Below are positions 36,020 through 49,565 of a stretch of DNA of 64,000 nt, piece after piece. Numbering within the stretch: position 1 is the stretch's first letter; every line of letters starts with the position of its first letter. Origin of the DNA: Octopus sinensis (Eukaryota); NCBI RefSeq assembly GCF_006345805.1, contig NC_042997.1, positions 27,652,001 to 27,716,000 on the forward strand, read 5' to 3'. The notes beneath the pieces are model-generated. The model was given only the letters and a program-made list of their open reading frames with translations, made no database searches and was not told the DNA's origin. A program made the translations under genes and the position numbers.

Positions 36020-36350
36020 ATACACACACCAACTAATACATACTAATACGTACTAATACATACTAGTACATACTAATACTTACACCAACCCTATACATAC
36101 ACACGTCCAGACCCCGCATACGCACTTATACTCTCTCTCACACACACACACACACCTATACATACCAATACGTACTAATACATACTAATACATACTAATA
36201 CATACACCAACCCCATACATACGCACGTCCAGACCAATCCTACGCACTAATACTCTCTCATACACACACACACACACACACACACACCCTTATACATACT
36301 AATACATACACCAACCCTATACATACACACATCCAGACCCCTCCCACGCA
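36020..36350. repeat. Compound tandem repeat (CATACTAATA motifs within ~3 imperfect ~115-bp units)
   Basis: ACACCAACCC.ATACATAC.CAC.TCCAGACC recurs three times. Confidence 0.75.
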
Positions 36351-36520
36351 CTTTTAGCTGGTCCCTCAACCCTTTTATCAACCCTATTATCTCCCCTTAT
36401 TTCGCTCTCGCGTCTCATGTTTGATCTTTGACCTCTGGCCGAAATCAGATCGCCATGTTGATTCGTTAGCTACTGCACGCATTTTTTCTCTCCTTCTTTC
36501 TGTGTTTTTCTCTCTCTGTG

Positions 36521-36559
36521 TATCTTCTGTTGAAGAGCGTAGGCTCGAAACGTTAAAGA
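36521..36559 (+). ncRNA. Hammerhead-like motif, family C relative (core CUGUUGA-A)
   Basis: CTGTTGA A GAGC-GTAG-GCTC GAAA CGTT AAAGA; stem I imperfect. Confidence 0.45.
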
Positions 36560-36656
36560 CTTGTTTTATTTATATTTCCTGAGCGCCATACTAATACAAT
36601 TGTTCGTTTGTTTTCCACCTGCCTTCGTCTTTTGTTTATTTTCATAAAGCTTCCCG

Positions 36657-36813
<157 letters not shown>

Positions 36814-37751
36814 TAGATTCATATAAGTATGTGTGTAGGTTTTATGTATGTATGCATGTACGTTTATCAGTCAGGAAGTCCACTTGACATTCAGTCAGTT
36901 TTCATAAAATTTACTTGTCTGTGTTTTTTTTCTCCTGAGGGTGGGGCGAACAAACTTTTATTAACCATAAATTTTTATAGGAAGAAAAGAAAAGGAAGAA
37001 AAAGATTAAATTGTGGAGAAAGATCCCAGAGTTACTTCAACAAGGAAATAAAGAAAAAGAAGAAAGGTGGGTGGAGCGAATTCAGTCACAAATGATTGAG
37101 GATGTGGTGAAAGTAACAGATTGTACAGCCCAGTTCAAATGGTATGTTCAGTCGCACCTTGCAGACACAATTGCAAAGGCGTTGTTGGGAAGAACGGCCT
37201 GCGACACTTGCTGCAACAACCACCCCTCCACGCAGGTCTTATTTCTCAGAAGAGCTGCTATTATCCCTATTTTACGGAGGAAATCAGCAGTGTAGGGTTC
37301 AAGAACACCTACGTACTCAATGGCGACTAGTACAAACACAGTCAGGCCCCTTTATATATCTTCCTCTCCTCTGTGTTAAGGGTGTCGGTAGCTGGGTTGA
37401 CACCGATGCAGCAAGGTTGGAGACGGAAAATGTGTAGCAGTGTATTGCGGATAAGAATAAGGATCTGCCTCCCTCGTATGGAAAGAGGGTCACTATGTCG
37501 AGGCACTCACCATCCCAGTGATCAAGACCTACTGGCTCTCGTTGTGACGGGAAGCCGATTGCATCGAAGTCCCTTCTGATGATTATTGCTCAGAGTGCTG
37601 TTTCAGGGATCAGACCTGTGTTATGATTGCTGTGTTCATCTTTAAAAATTTGTATCGTTAAAACATACATATCTAGTTATGGTTTAAGTTATTGTGCCTC
37701 GTGCAATTATATTAGACAGGGATCAATTCGATTACAAAAATAGTATTATAA

Positions 37752-37905
37752 TAGGCGCAGGAGTGGCTGTGTGGTAAGTAGCTTGCTAACCAACCACATG
37801 CGTGGCATCTTGTGCGAGTGTCTTCTGCTATAGCCCCGGGCCGACCAATGCCTTGTGAGTGGATTTGGTAGACGGAAACTGAAAGAAGCCTGCCGTATAT
37901 GTATA

Positions 37906-38002
<97 letters not shown>

Positions 38003-38209
38003 ATATATTTGTGTGTCTGTGTTTGTCCCCCTAGCATTGCTTGACAACCGATGCTGGTGTGTTTACGTCCCCGTCACTTAGCGGTTCGGCAAAAGAGACC
38101 GATAGAATAAGTACTGGGCTTACAAAGAATAAGTCCCGGGGTCGATTTGCTCGACTAAAGGCAGTGCTCCATCATGGCCGCAGTCAAATGACTGAAACAA
38201 GTAGAAGAG
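37752..38209 (+). mobile_element. SINE family A
   Basis: Head (partly deleted), (TA)n centre, intact tail. Confidence 0.9.
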
Positions 38210-38319
38210 AGTATACCTCCTCATGTAGCAAACTAGCTTCACACAAAACTATTCGTTTTAACAACTAAAGTGAAGTAATAATATACGTAATTGTCATAAG
38301 ATATAAAAAAGTGCGTTAC

Positions 38320-38522
38320 CTTGGTCTTGGTTTAGTATCAAGAAAATGTAGATTAATTTCTGTACCATCTTGAAAAGTACATGAACAGCTATCCTTTTTT
38401 AGACATATTCCACCTGCTGATATTGATTTTGTTCTTAAATTATGTCCATTGCTATAGCACGATACTTGTAGGATACCATGTAAAATATACAGTATAAAGA
38501 AGCAGAGCGAATGGTGAGACAT
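38320..38522 (-). CDS. CD-MPR/ATG27-like gene, coding exon 1: signal peptide + N-terminal MRH (MSHHSLCFFILYILHGILQVSC...ICLKKDSCSCTFQDGTEINLHFLDTKPRP(R))
   Basis: ATG at 38522, hydrophobic leader, CxKxxxCxCxxxDGxxIxLxxL motif, donor AG|GTAACG phase 2. Confidence 0.9.
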
Positions 38523-38974
38523 TGTTTTGGTCTCCAGCAACAATTTCGTAGATAAAATAGTAAGAAAGAGATTTCAAATCTTATGTACTTCAGGGCAACT
38601 TAACCTAATGCTTGTTGTTTGTTATTATGGAAAATATGAGTAAGGTAGTGACATGAAATAGATAAAAGAAAATGTTGTTATTACTAACGGTATTTAGTGA
38701 AAAGTAAAATGTACCTAATCTACTTTCTTACTTTGCTAACATTTTAAGTCACGCTCGAGTGAATTGTAACTTGTAAGTAATTTGAAAGCTGTCGTATCTA
38801 TAATACAGAAAATCGGAAAACCCAGAGCTCTCTTATACACATATTAGCTTATCAACATTAAGTGTATTTCGTAAGCGGCCATACACATATTTTTAGCTGG
38901 TGTATGAATAGTTTGCATAAAAATGATCTTTGCCGCGTATCTAGATATCCAACAATGTAACTCTCTTTGTCATT

Positions 38975-38981
38975 CTTTCCT

Positions 38982-39029
<48 letters not shown>

Positions 39030-39117
39030 TTTTTCTTTCTTTCTTTCTTCCTTTTTTCTCTTTCTTTCTTTCTTTTTTCTTTCTTTTTTCTTTCTTTCTT
39101 TCTTTTTCTTTCTTTCT

Positions 39118-39152
<35 letters not shown>

Positions 39153-39170
39153 CTCTCTCTCTCTCTCTGC
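38975..39170. repeat. (CTTT)n/(CT)n simple repeat
   Basis: Directly visible. Confidence 0.95.
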
Positions 39171-40594
39171 TGTATCTTTCTCTCTCTCAATATGTATGTC
39201 TATATACTTACACACACACATATATGTGCGTGTGTGTGTGTATATATATATATATAGAGAGAGAGAGTGAGAGAGAGGGGGGAGAGAAGGATTGTAAATA
39301 CATTATGGCTGTTGCAAGTGGCTCAATTTAATTGATGAATGAAAACACTATATCAGTTTAAAAGAAAATATTCTCTTCAGATGCAGATGACTATAGAGAT
39401 TTCAAACATAAAGGATAAACCATTTTCAACAAATTTACATCAATAACAGAAACTAAAATAATTACGTTGTTTCCTTATGTTATATCTATAGGAGAATGAG
39501 CTGAGAAAATAATTCATATCTTATTAATCCTGCCTCTAATTTAGAGAGTAGCAGACGGAAAATAGTGGGGGTCAAGATAAAAGAATGCTAAAAAACAAAA
39601 AAAGCAGGGAATAGGCCTGGATATAGATATGTATTATAGGCACAAGGCCTGAAATTTTAGAGGAGAGGGCTAGTCGATTACATCGACATCAGTGTGCGGC
39701 TAGTACTTATTTTATCGACACCGAAAGGATGAAAGGTAAAATCAACCTCGACGGCATTTGAACTGAGAACGTAAAGACGGACCGAATGATGCTACGCATT
39801 TTGTCCGGCGTGCTAATGATTCTATAAGTTAGTTGCCTTGTTAAGTATAAACTTGAAAGCTGAGTGAATGGAGATAAGTTAACAACTTGATGAAATCTCC
39901 AGATGGTTTAAATGCACAAGTCTCCCATATCCAAAATCCATTGGGAGTTGTTAACTTTATTCTAGTTGATGGTGATAAATCAATTAATGTCATACAATCT
40001 TCTATACCCTCCTTGTACTCGAACCATATATCTAGCTTTATCTACATAAAGGGATATGTTGCAGTGCTGCTAGTAAAGGAATGACTGATGGGGAAGAGAT
40101 GGTAACTAGAAGAAGGAAGGATAGGGGTGGTCGTTAATTACTTTGTTTATCAAATAAAGGGGAATATAAGGAAAAACAAAAGAGATAAGTAATAAGAGAT
40201 AAGAGATAAGTTTTAGGGGTGGAAATTAGAATTGAGGGATACAGGAGGTAGTGATTCATAACTTAGCAAATTTATTATATTAAATTGAGAAAATTTAAAT
40301 CACTATAGAGAAGAGTGATAGGAATTAAACTTAAAATCTAATAATGGAATTCTTTAATACACAAGAAAAACTATTAAGACATTTTCTAAGCATACTATTA
40401 AGATGGTCAGGATAAAACCATTCTACTATGAACGTATAACTAAAATAAATGTTCATGTGAGTAGGATTACATAGTATATATCAAAGCAATAACAAGGACT
40501 ATTTTCTTCATTACAAGTGGATAAGTATAAGATATTGAAAATATGGAATCGAATATAAGAGGTGATTGAATTAGAGGTATACTAAATGTATAGT

Positions 40595-41420
40595 CTACAC
40601 AATTTGCTCTAAGTCAGTAGGGGCAGCTTGTATCAATATCTCTAGCCCTTGTCCTAGCCAGTTTTGTTGCTCTATTTTGGTTGACTGGAGGATGGAAATT
40701 TTATCTTTCAGGCCCATCACAAGTGCCGCCACCAACCAGGCAACATCCACCTTTGGAGGGATTTCTCTTACTCTTATCCTGGAAGTGCGTCGTCCAAGGT
40801 ATGTGAGTAGGAGGACCACCTCTGCAGATTTCAGGGAGGCCGTGGAATGTTGCCTGGCCTTTTCTTCAGTTTTGAACCTCACCTTGATAGTTGCACATCT
40901 CTTGCACCTGGGCAAGTAGGTGACATCTTGCCACACCGGCTTCAGGCATATCTCCACAGCATCTTTCGACGCCATATCCAATTTCTTGCTCTTAATAATA
41001 AACGATTTATATGCAATAGTATAACGGACGCGTTGTGCATCACTTCACTGGGAGGAGCCTCTTTCACCTCGCGCCATTCTCTTTGAATCAGTCCTTTATA
41101 CTTGATGAGTTTGTTTTGGTCGATATTCAAGTCTTTCCTGTTTACATCAGCTGCCGCTGCAAAATTTGTAACTTTGTTATTTCTTGGTTCGATTTCTGTT
41201 TTTTTCAGCATTTCTTTTTCAATAGGCATGATCAAAATTGGTTCAGTAATAGTCTCCTCGCCAGAAGAAGTACTCATTTTTCAACTAATAATTTTGGGTA
41301 TAAACACGCCACAAAAACAATGATAATTTCCCCCTTCACACAAGGAGGAGAAAGGTTCACAATTCTGTCAAACGCAGTAAAACCAAGTGTTTTTTTTTTT
41401 AAATACATGACAAATGGAAA
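40595..41420 (-). mobile_element. Tx1/L1-type ORF1 remnant (5' end of a 3'-truncated copy)
   Basis: NKVTNFAAAAD..QRE..; MASKDAVEICLKP..LLTYLGRRTSRIRV; homologous to 44950-45930. Confidence 0.75.
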
Positions 41421-44400
41421 AACAGCAAATTCAACAATTAAAATACCAATTAATATAACCAGCAACTTGTAATACGACAAACTCAGCATCCAAATTACGA
41501 ATTAATTTTATTCAAGCCACGAGGGCCAAACATAGAGGGGACGATACAACATGAACACGGGGTCGGGAAGCGTATGCAAATACATAGAAATGAAGAATTA
41601 AGAATTTATGATAATAAGACGAATGAAAAACAAACAATACAAGAGTACAATGAAGTGTTGGGGACTGTTACGACCCCGCAAAACACGTTCCTCCACTGGA
41701 CATTTTGGTTTACCCGTTATGCCCTACACACACGCAGGATCTTTCATTCCCAACATGTATACCACTTGCTTCCATCTTTTACCATACATATCCGACGACA
41801 CCTCCACTCTAACTGTATTTTCCTTCGTAGAAGGAAAACAAAGAGATGAAGATACCTGTCACCAAACCTTTCGTTCGTGTCCTCCATATATATAGCCTTT
41901 TTCGCTATAGAGACCCCTACGAGAAATCACACTCTATCTCCTCTGTTCAGTGAGTGGGGAGAACAATCTTTATAACTAACTCGGACGACAGCTGTACTCT
42001 TCTCAGACGTGACAGCAGTCGTTCGACGTAAACCCACAGCTCTGTAATCCTCGAACACTGCCAAATGCGTGTGGAAAAGTTTCACTTCCCGCCCTCATCT
42101 TGGGCAGGTGGGTTAGCATAAGGCTCCGTGTCTTGCGAGTTATCGTGGACTGGTAAGGCTCCTTAGCAACATTGCCAGGTTAGGGACCTCTGGAAGTTGT
42201 CCAAGGGTCCCGGCCCGAATGTCCTTTGGAACAAGCTGGCTAGTTGACCATCGTCAAAGCCTAGGGTTTCTCTCAGGGCGTCATCACACTTGGCATCTAC
42301 CAACCATTTTTAGAATGACGAGGTGAAACCCATGCTACCAGCAACGCCCATGCCCGTGCGGCAGAGGAGCAGGAGTGCCTTAAGACACTCGGTCTGCCAA
42401 GCACCCAACTTTGGTCTACATTTGATCCATGGTTCTAGTTCACTAAAACTAGTGAACCTAGGAAACAACAGACCAGATCTGGGTTAGATGGGCTGTCCTG
42501 CTCGTAATCTCGCTCCAAGTTTTCTTTAACTGGAGGTCTGGCCCAAACCAGATCCCTAGCTTGTTCACCAGACTGTCTGTCCAACGTCCTACGATGCTCT
42601 TGGACGGCAACGACTTGCCTCTCCAGGTGCTGAGCTGCAAACCAGCCGACTTTTCCCGGTTAATTATTGCTCCTGCCACCGCCTCGTATTCTTTAACGGC
42701 TTCACCTACCCACTGTAGGTGTCTCGCCTCAGATACAATGATGGTGATGTCATCCATGTACGCCGTCACTCCAACTTCCGCAGAAAAGGCTTGAGAGCCA
42801 GTACATACAGAAGTGGGGAGAGCAGACATCTTTGACGAACCGAGCGCTTGATAGAGAACGGTTCCGAAAAGAAACCGTTCACCCGATCGATCGAGTGGTT
42901 GTTGCTGTAAAACGCTATGATCTAACTGCGAAAGATCGGGCCCAACCCGACCGCCGCGAGAACCGTCACCAGATAGCTTGGTCTAAATGGACCAGTGCCC
43001 CATCCTTGCCAGGTACCTTATTAACCGGCTCTAAGGTATAGCGTATAAGATGGAGAATATCGTGTATGGACCGGCTGGGGATAGCACAAGTTTGCGTCTC
43101 CCTGACGAGTCCATCCACGACCCGCACCAATTTTTTTGCTAATACCTTGGCCAAAATCTTCAACTCTGCGTTCAGCGGTGTGATGGGCCGAAAGTTATTC
43201 ACTAGATCCCCTTTGTCTGGGTCCTTCCTTAGCAGTGTCACCATTCCCCGGATCACAGGTTTGGGCATGAAGCTATTCTGCTGCGAATTGGTGAAAACGT
43301 AAGTGCCCAAATAATTCTGGCATGCTGTAATGAAATTCGTAGGGAAGACCATCCAATCCCGATAACCTCTCTCCACGAGAATCCGACAAAGCATCCTCTA
43401 CTTCCGCAGCTGTGATCAGCTTTTCTCAGCATTCCGCTTCTTGCCCCGAAAGATGCGGCAAACCGGTGAGGAAATCCGTAGGGTCCATCTTGCGTTCCGG
43501 TCCATCACCCATCCCAAAAAGCTGGCCGAAATGCTCGTAAAAAACCTTGCACATCTCTTTTTCGTTTACCAATTGCCCGTGTTTGTTCGTCATAGACCTT
43601 ATTTTGGTATCATTGCCGTGTTGAGCCTCTACGAAACGGGCCCCTCTCGCAGCGTTGATCCCCTCTCGTCCAATTGCACGAAGCCTAGCTCTGATAATGC
43701 ACCCTTCGTGGTGTTGATTGAGCGTCAATCTCGCAGCCAACACCTTGGATGCACTGCCAGTCCTCAATGCTCTTTTTAGGGCCTTAACTAAGTCCCTTTC
43801 TACTCTGTTCTTCTAAGTTGCTAATTCTTTACTAAATCTGACTCAGACTTAATGGCTCTTTTGAGGGCACGCCACTAGTTATTGTTAATAATGGCATCTG
43901 TCAGTGCCCTCTTCACTAGCTGACTAATCCGGTTCCTGTACTCCTCACAGGTCAAAAGAGACCTGTTGAGTTTCTTGTAGCCGAGTCCTTGTCTACATAT
44001 CCTGTCTAAGACAAGCGTACAGGACACAAGCTTGTGATCGCTGTAGCCGACATAGTGGAACTGTGGACAACTAGCTATATTCTTATCTTTATGTCTAACT
44101 ATAATCTTATTTAGATAAGATCTAGAAGTTCCGTTGCTGTTCGTCGATATCCACACTGGAGCACCCGGAAATTATAGTCTATACTGGTCTGTCAGCTGAA
44201 AGCGACTGAGCAGAGCAGTGAAGCATGGGTTACCCTTTCAATTTGGATTCGAGCCAACACAATCTGCGCATGCATCGCAGATTATGTTAAAGTCACCTAA
44301 AAATACTAAAGTATGAGAGGAGCTTATGAAATTTTCTAGGCTTCTAAATTAGTCAGACTGTCTAGTCCTGAAGCAGGTGTAGCCTGAATGTTTTACCACT

Positions 44401-44949
44401 GCTGATCGTCACACCAAGGACAACCAACCTGCCTTCCCGGTCAATAAAAATTGTTTTAATCTCGAAAGCCAGATTTTTCCTGAGTAGAATTGTGACATCA
44501 CTCCCTCCCACTGGTTGGCAGGGAGAAATAAATTTCTCGTAACCGTTCAGGAGTAGGGATAAAGGCTCATATCCCACTCAGTCTGGTTTCCGTAGCCGCT
44601 ATCACATCCAATGTATGTGACCTGATGTCATTAAGGAAGCGACCTTGCTTCCAGTCTGACCCCAGGCCACGTACATTTAAATATCCTACAGTGAGTGTAT
44701 CCATAAAAAGTCTTACCTTTGTTGGAGAGAGGAATATAATCCCTTCTCAGTATAGTCTTGTGGGGATTCTTTGGTTAGGCCCTCGTACATAGACGTACAA
44801 ATGTCCTTTCTTAGAGGGCCTATATCGTTGGGGTATCGGGAGCACAACATATTGTAATTATCCAGTCTATGGAAGAAATTTGAATCCCCTCTGGTAGGAT
44901 GGTGTAATATTCTTTATAGGGTTCTGTAGATGGTATATCTTGCACTTCA

Positions 44950-45930
44950 ACTGGTAAAACATAATTCTTCGTATTTATTGCCATTAAGTTGAACTCGGCT
45001 GCTGTTGGGAAGAGGGGGAGGGAAGTTCCTTTTCAGGACTGAGAGCGGTACTACTTTTTGTTAGAGTTGGAGTTGAAAATCGTTTGTGTCTGCTGGGGGA
45101 GATTTTCTTTTGTTGGTGCTGGGGCTAGAGTGGGTGGGTTGGGTGTTTCTCCTTTTTAATTATAGGTGCGTTGCAGTAGCCCAATGTATTTTAGTTTCCT
45201 TATTTTCGGTTTTTGGGGTAGTGTTTTCCTGTATGGATGGATCCTTTTTATCAGCTGTGGTTGTTGGTTCGGAGGTTTGGGGAGGGGAGGGACATTTAAA
45301 GCAGCGAGGCCTCCTCCCCTCGACCATCACATGTAACTCAGCCTCCTCTCCAATCTAGTGATGAGGTGCTGCTTGAATGACTATTTCGAGCCTCTGGCCT
45401 TTACAATTCAGCTGCTCGATTTTTGTGGCTTCGAGGATCGATATTTTATCCTCTAAGCCTATGATGAGTGCTGCACAAGGCCAGGTAACATCTTTCTCGG
45501 GAGAAATTTCTTCCACCATTATTTTGGAAGTGCGCCTTACTAGGTAAGTTGGTAGCAGCACTACCTCGGGTGTTTTAAGCGTTTGATGGAGTGTTACCTG
45601 GCTTTTTCCTCACTTTTGAAATGCACAATGATTGTTGCAAATCTTTTGCCTCTTGTCACAAAGGTAATGTCAAACCAAATAGGCTGTAGATATTTCTCCA
45701 CTTCTTCTTTCGATGCTATTTCTAGTTTTTTTCTCCTTAATTACTAGACTTTTGAACATAATTATTTTTTTGGTAGTGCTTTCTATACATTCACTTTGGA
45801 GGGTGGCTTTCAATTCATGTCCCTCCCTCTGAAACACCTTTTTGTGCTTGTTTAAAATTTCGGGTCCCACATTAAGAGTTTTCTCAGTATACCATCTGCA
45901 GCGGCGAAATTTACTTTGTTCAGCTATTCT
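44950..45930 (-). pseudogene. Tx1 ORF1b remnant
   Basis: NKVNFAAAD..IASKEEVEKYLQP..LLPTYLVRRTSK..VEGRRPRCFKC. Confidence 0.7.
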
Positions 45931-46757
45931 TATGGGCGACCTTCAAGAAAATCCGTTTCAGTCGCACCTTGAGTCCCTTCCGCCACCTCCAGGTTTTCGA
46001 GCTTGGTCATGATCTTGACATTCTTTGGTTCTTGTTCCTTTTGGGGGCACATCAAAAAGATGCGCCCCTTCTGGCCACAGCCATAACAAGTTTCTTCCCG
46101 TAACTCAATCACTTCCGGAATTCCGCTCAAGTGTGTCTGGGTGGGCTGGACAACTAATTCCAGGCCATAACCCCAGCAATTCAAATGCTGCGACCGCGTT
46201 GCCTGTGCAATTATTGGGTTTTCTTTTGTTCCTGAAAGTATGGCTGCTGCAGTCCATACCGCTTCTATCTCTGGCAGAATCCTGCCAACCCTTACCCTAG
46301 CGACTCGCTTCCCTAGGTAGGTTGGCAGGAGCAGCCACTCTTCTGATCTTATTGGTACAGTGGTGCGCTTCTCTGCCACCTCTATAGTGGGAAATCTTAC
46401 CTCCACTATACCGTACGTCCTACCACGGGTGTAGCAGGAGATTACTTCTTTCCTTGGATCGAGACATTTTTCAATGACCTCCTCCGGATCCACTTCAACC
46501 TTCTTTCGGAGGAAACGCAAGCTTCCATACGTTACTCTTTTTCTTTTCACATTTTTGGTTAATTTCTCCGAGGGAATCAACTTCACTTTCGACCCCTCTC
46601 TATCTGTATAATGGAAACATTCACTTACATTAATATGGAGGATTTTAATTTCGCTCATTTTCAACTGTGATACTGTCTTGTTCTGTTTACCAGCCACCGA
46701 CGCGTAGCTGTCTGCTCGTTCCTTCTCGTTGTTGATCTCCGGCATCCTACTTTCCAT
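45930..46757 (-). CDS. Tx1 ORF1a (open frame, gag-like, degenerate CCHC knuckle)
   Basis: ATG 46757; LLPTYLGKRVARVRV; CYGCGQKGRIFLMC (His replaced by Arg). Confidence 0.75.
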   Translation of the reverse strand: MESRMPEINNEKERADSYASVAGKQNKTVSQLKMSEIKILHINVSECFHYTDREGSKVKLIPSEKLTKNVKRKRVTYGSLRFLRKKVEVDPEEVIEKCLDPRKEVISCYTRGRTYGIVEVRFPTIEVAEKRTTVPIRSEEWLLLPTYLGKRVARVRVGRILPEIEAVWTAAAILSGTKENPIIAQATRSQHLNCWGYGLELVVQPTQTHLSGIPEVIELREETCYGCGQKGRIFLMCPQKEQEPKNVKIMTKLENLEVAEGTQGATETDFLEGRP

Positions 46758-47769
46758 CCCGAATGGGGGAAGATACAAAAAAAAACAAAAAAACTCAAGC
46801 TTGCTGAACAAGCTATGTGTTTTTGAAAAAATGCAACAAATTAACAGTTTTAGTAGTTCGACGTACCTGACCAGAAGCCTTCAACAAATTAAACCACCCA
46901 ACGATTGTTCTTTTACGGAGAAATTACGAATGCCTGGAACGCAGTTCAATTTGATTTTTATACCGATAACCTCCATGAGATGCGCGTGCATTTCGGTTTC
47001 CATGACAATTGTTTGCGTCTGCCACCTACGGCATTCAACGCTGCTGCGTTTTGGTGTCTCGTTTCAGGGAAAGATGAGAGGTTACCTGAATTTGGATCTC
47101 AGCCATAAATCAGCATGTCTTGGAATATTTACACTTACACCCCTGGAATAAACTTTAAGAATTTAACATAAAAATGACGTTTGATAAAATCTCGATTTTT
47201 TTTTTTTGCGCTTCAGTGTAAATTACTAGTAAGTAATATATCTGTTGCAAATCCTAGACTTGAATATTGTTCCCTCATTTCCTCATGGTGTATACAACCA
47301 TGAGAAATGTTATAAGGAGGCACATGCTTTGTCCTCCCTTTATTAGAGAAAGAGAAATGTAGTTAATTAGTGTTGAGAGGGAAATGGACTTAGTAAAAAT
47401 AGGAAGAAAGAAGTGTTGTAACAACAAAGGCAAAATATATTAAAAACACTCAGTCTTCAAAACAGAAAAGGAAGTGATTTAATTTCTCTCGCGTTTCTAA
47501 AATTACTTTTAGTAAATGTATTTACAGGGAAGCGAAACATTATACATTATAGTTGCAATATCAACTACAAAAACTTATGACAACGATGAAGACAACAACA
47601 AATTGCACTTGGATCTCCTTTTAGTCACGAAGTACATATCTAAAAGTAATTGTATGATTATCTTTGACCTGCAAATTTGACCTGCAGATAAGAAACGAGA
47701 ACAACAAACGCGACTATAGATTACTAAACTAACACTCACTAACACACACACACACACGCGAGCACACAC

Positions 47770-47802
<33 letters not shown>

Positions 47803-48302
47803 CGCGAGCACACACACACACACACGCACACATACACAAACAAACAAGCACACCTTGCTACTAATGCTTCTGAAAAATGACGTTGATAATTCCCCATTCT
47901 CTATAACATTGAACTCCTATCTTGCTCAGCTTGTCAATCTCCTGGAAACTGTTGAGAAACGTACAATCAGACTTATTCGCTGTTCACTTCTTTATTCTTT
48001 ATTCTTTATTCTTTATTCTTTATACTGTTCATGAAGTTTTTGTTACTTTTTCTTTTCTGATGAATTGCATATGAGCACTGTATACAATAAGTTCATTATT
48101 TATTAGAAATATTAAATTTCTAAAAGTCTCAAAGAGACATGAGCGGTGGTGGAGCGATAGAGTAGTTGTATACTGTCGACATAAAGTGACAGTCCCGTAT
48201 GGGAATTACACCACCGCTGTTTAGCCCTAGGAAGCAACGACGCTTCCTGTCGGCTTTGACTTAGTAACAAATGCTGTGAACATATATGACGACATTTAAC
48301 AA

Positions 48303-48481
48303 TAGGCGCAGGAGTGGCTGTGTGGTAAGTAGTTTGTTTACCAACCACATGGTTCCGGGTTCAGCCCCACTGCGTGGCACCTTGGGTAAGTGTCTTCTAC
48401 TATAGCCTCGGGCCGACCAAAGCCTTGTGAGTGGATTTGGTAGGCGGAAACTGAAAGAAGCCCGTCGTATATATGTATATG

Positions 48482-48520
<39 letters not shown>

Positions 48521-48730
48521 TTGTGTGTCTGTGTTTGTCCCCCTAGCATTGCTTGACAACCGATCTGGTGTGTTTACGTCCCCGTCACTTAGCGGTTCGG
48601 CAAAAGAGACCGATAGAATAAGTACTGGGCTTACAAAGAATAAGTCCCGGGGTCGAGTTGCTCGTCTAAAGGCGGTGCTCCAGCATGGCCGCAGTCAAAT
48701 GACTGAAACAAGTAAAAGAGTAAAAGAGAG
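48303..48730 (+). mobile_element. SINE family A, complete
   Basis: Full head to GTAAAAGAG tail. Confidence 0.93.
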
Positions 48731-48780
48731 TTTCCCGAGCAAATTGTAGAGTGTTTCCTATTTGGTGACAAATATATATT

Positions 48781-49059
48781 TACTCCTTACTCTTTTACTT
48801 GTTTCAGTCATTTCACTGCGGCCATGCTGGAGCACCGCCTTTAGTCGAGCAAATCGACCCCCAGGACTTATTCGTTGTAAGGCCTAGTACTTATTCTATC
48901 GGTCTCTTATTGCCGAACCGCTAAGTTACGGGGACATGAACACACCAGCATCGGTTGTCGAGCGATGTTGGGAGGACAAACTCAGACACACAAACACACA
49001 CACATTTATATATATATAACGGCGGTGCATCAGCATGGCCGCAGCTCTGAGCTGAAACT

Positions 49060-49115
<56 letters not shown>

Positions 49116-49316
49116 CATATAAATATACACATATATATATATACATATACATGACAGGCTTTTTTCAGTTTCCGTCTACCAAATCCACTCACAAAGCTTT
49201 GGTCGGCCCGAGGCTATAGTAGAAGACACTTGCCCAAGGTACCACGCAGTGGGACTGGACCCGGAACCGTATGGTTGGTAAGCAAGCTACTTACCACACA
49301 GCCACTCCTGAGCCTA
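48781..49316 (-). mobile_element. SINE family A, complete, convergent with 48303-48730
   Basis: Reverse-complement copy; ~45-bp tail-only insertion at 49017-49062 in its microsatellite. Confidence 0.93.
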
Positions 49317-49565
49317 TGCATATTTATGCATATTTACTTGGAAATTGGTTCGCTTACGGTTCGACAAATCATAGTGTGAACATTTTTTTTCTTTGCACAG
49401 CACAACTTACACTAGTCTGGAATGGTCTTGCTACTTATTGAAACAATAAAGAAAATATTATCCTCGACTATAATTTTTTTCTCTCATTACCTATTTGACC
49501 CTCCTTTAAGAATTTCAATGACTCAAATGTTAAATTTACATAGAAAAATGGAATTGCTTAGATAA

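Larger units (their letters stand above)
41495..46950 (-). mobile_element. Tx1/L1-clade LINE, decayed, with two ORF1-like segments upstream of ORF2
   Basis: ORF2 starts MDTLTVGYLNVRGLG..ATETRL at 44704 (APE), VLGDFN, YSDHKLV, FRPITPLNAELKILAK, LDQ, AYMDDIT; AATAAA near 41500. Confidence 0.9.

Noticed and set aside
37100-37620. GC-richer coding-like stretch in intron 1
   Set aside because: Only vague resemblance to a decayed LINE endonuclease; no motif strong enough to call
48303-48380. tRNA genes at SINE heads
   Set aside because: A/B boxes are present but no full cloverleaf; each continues into a SINE body
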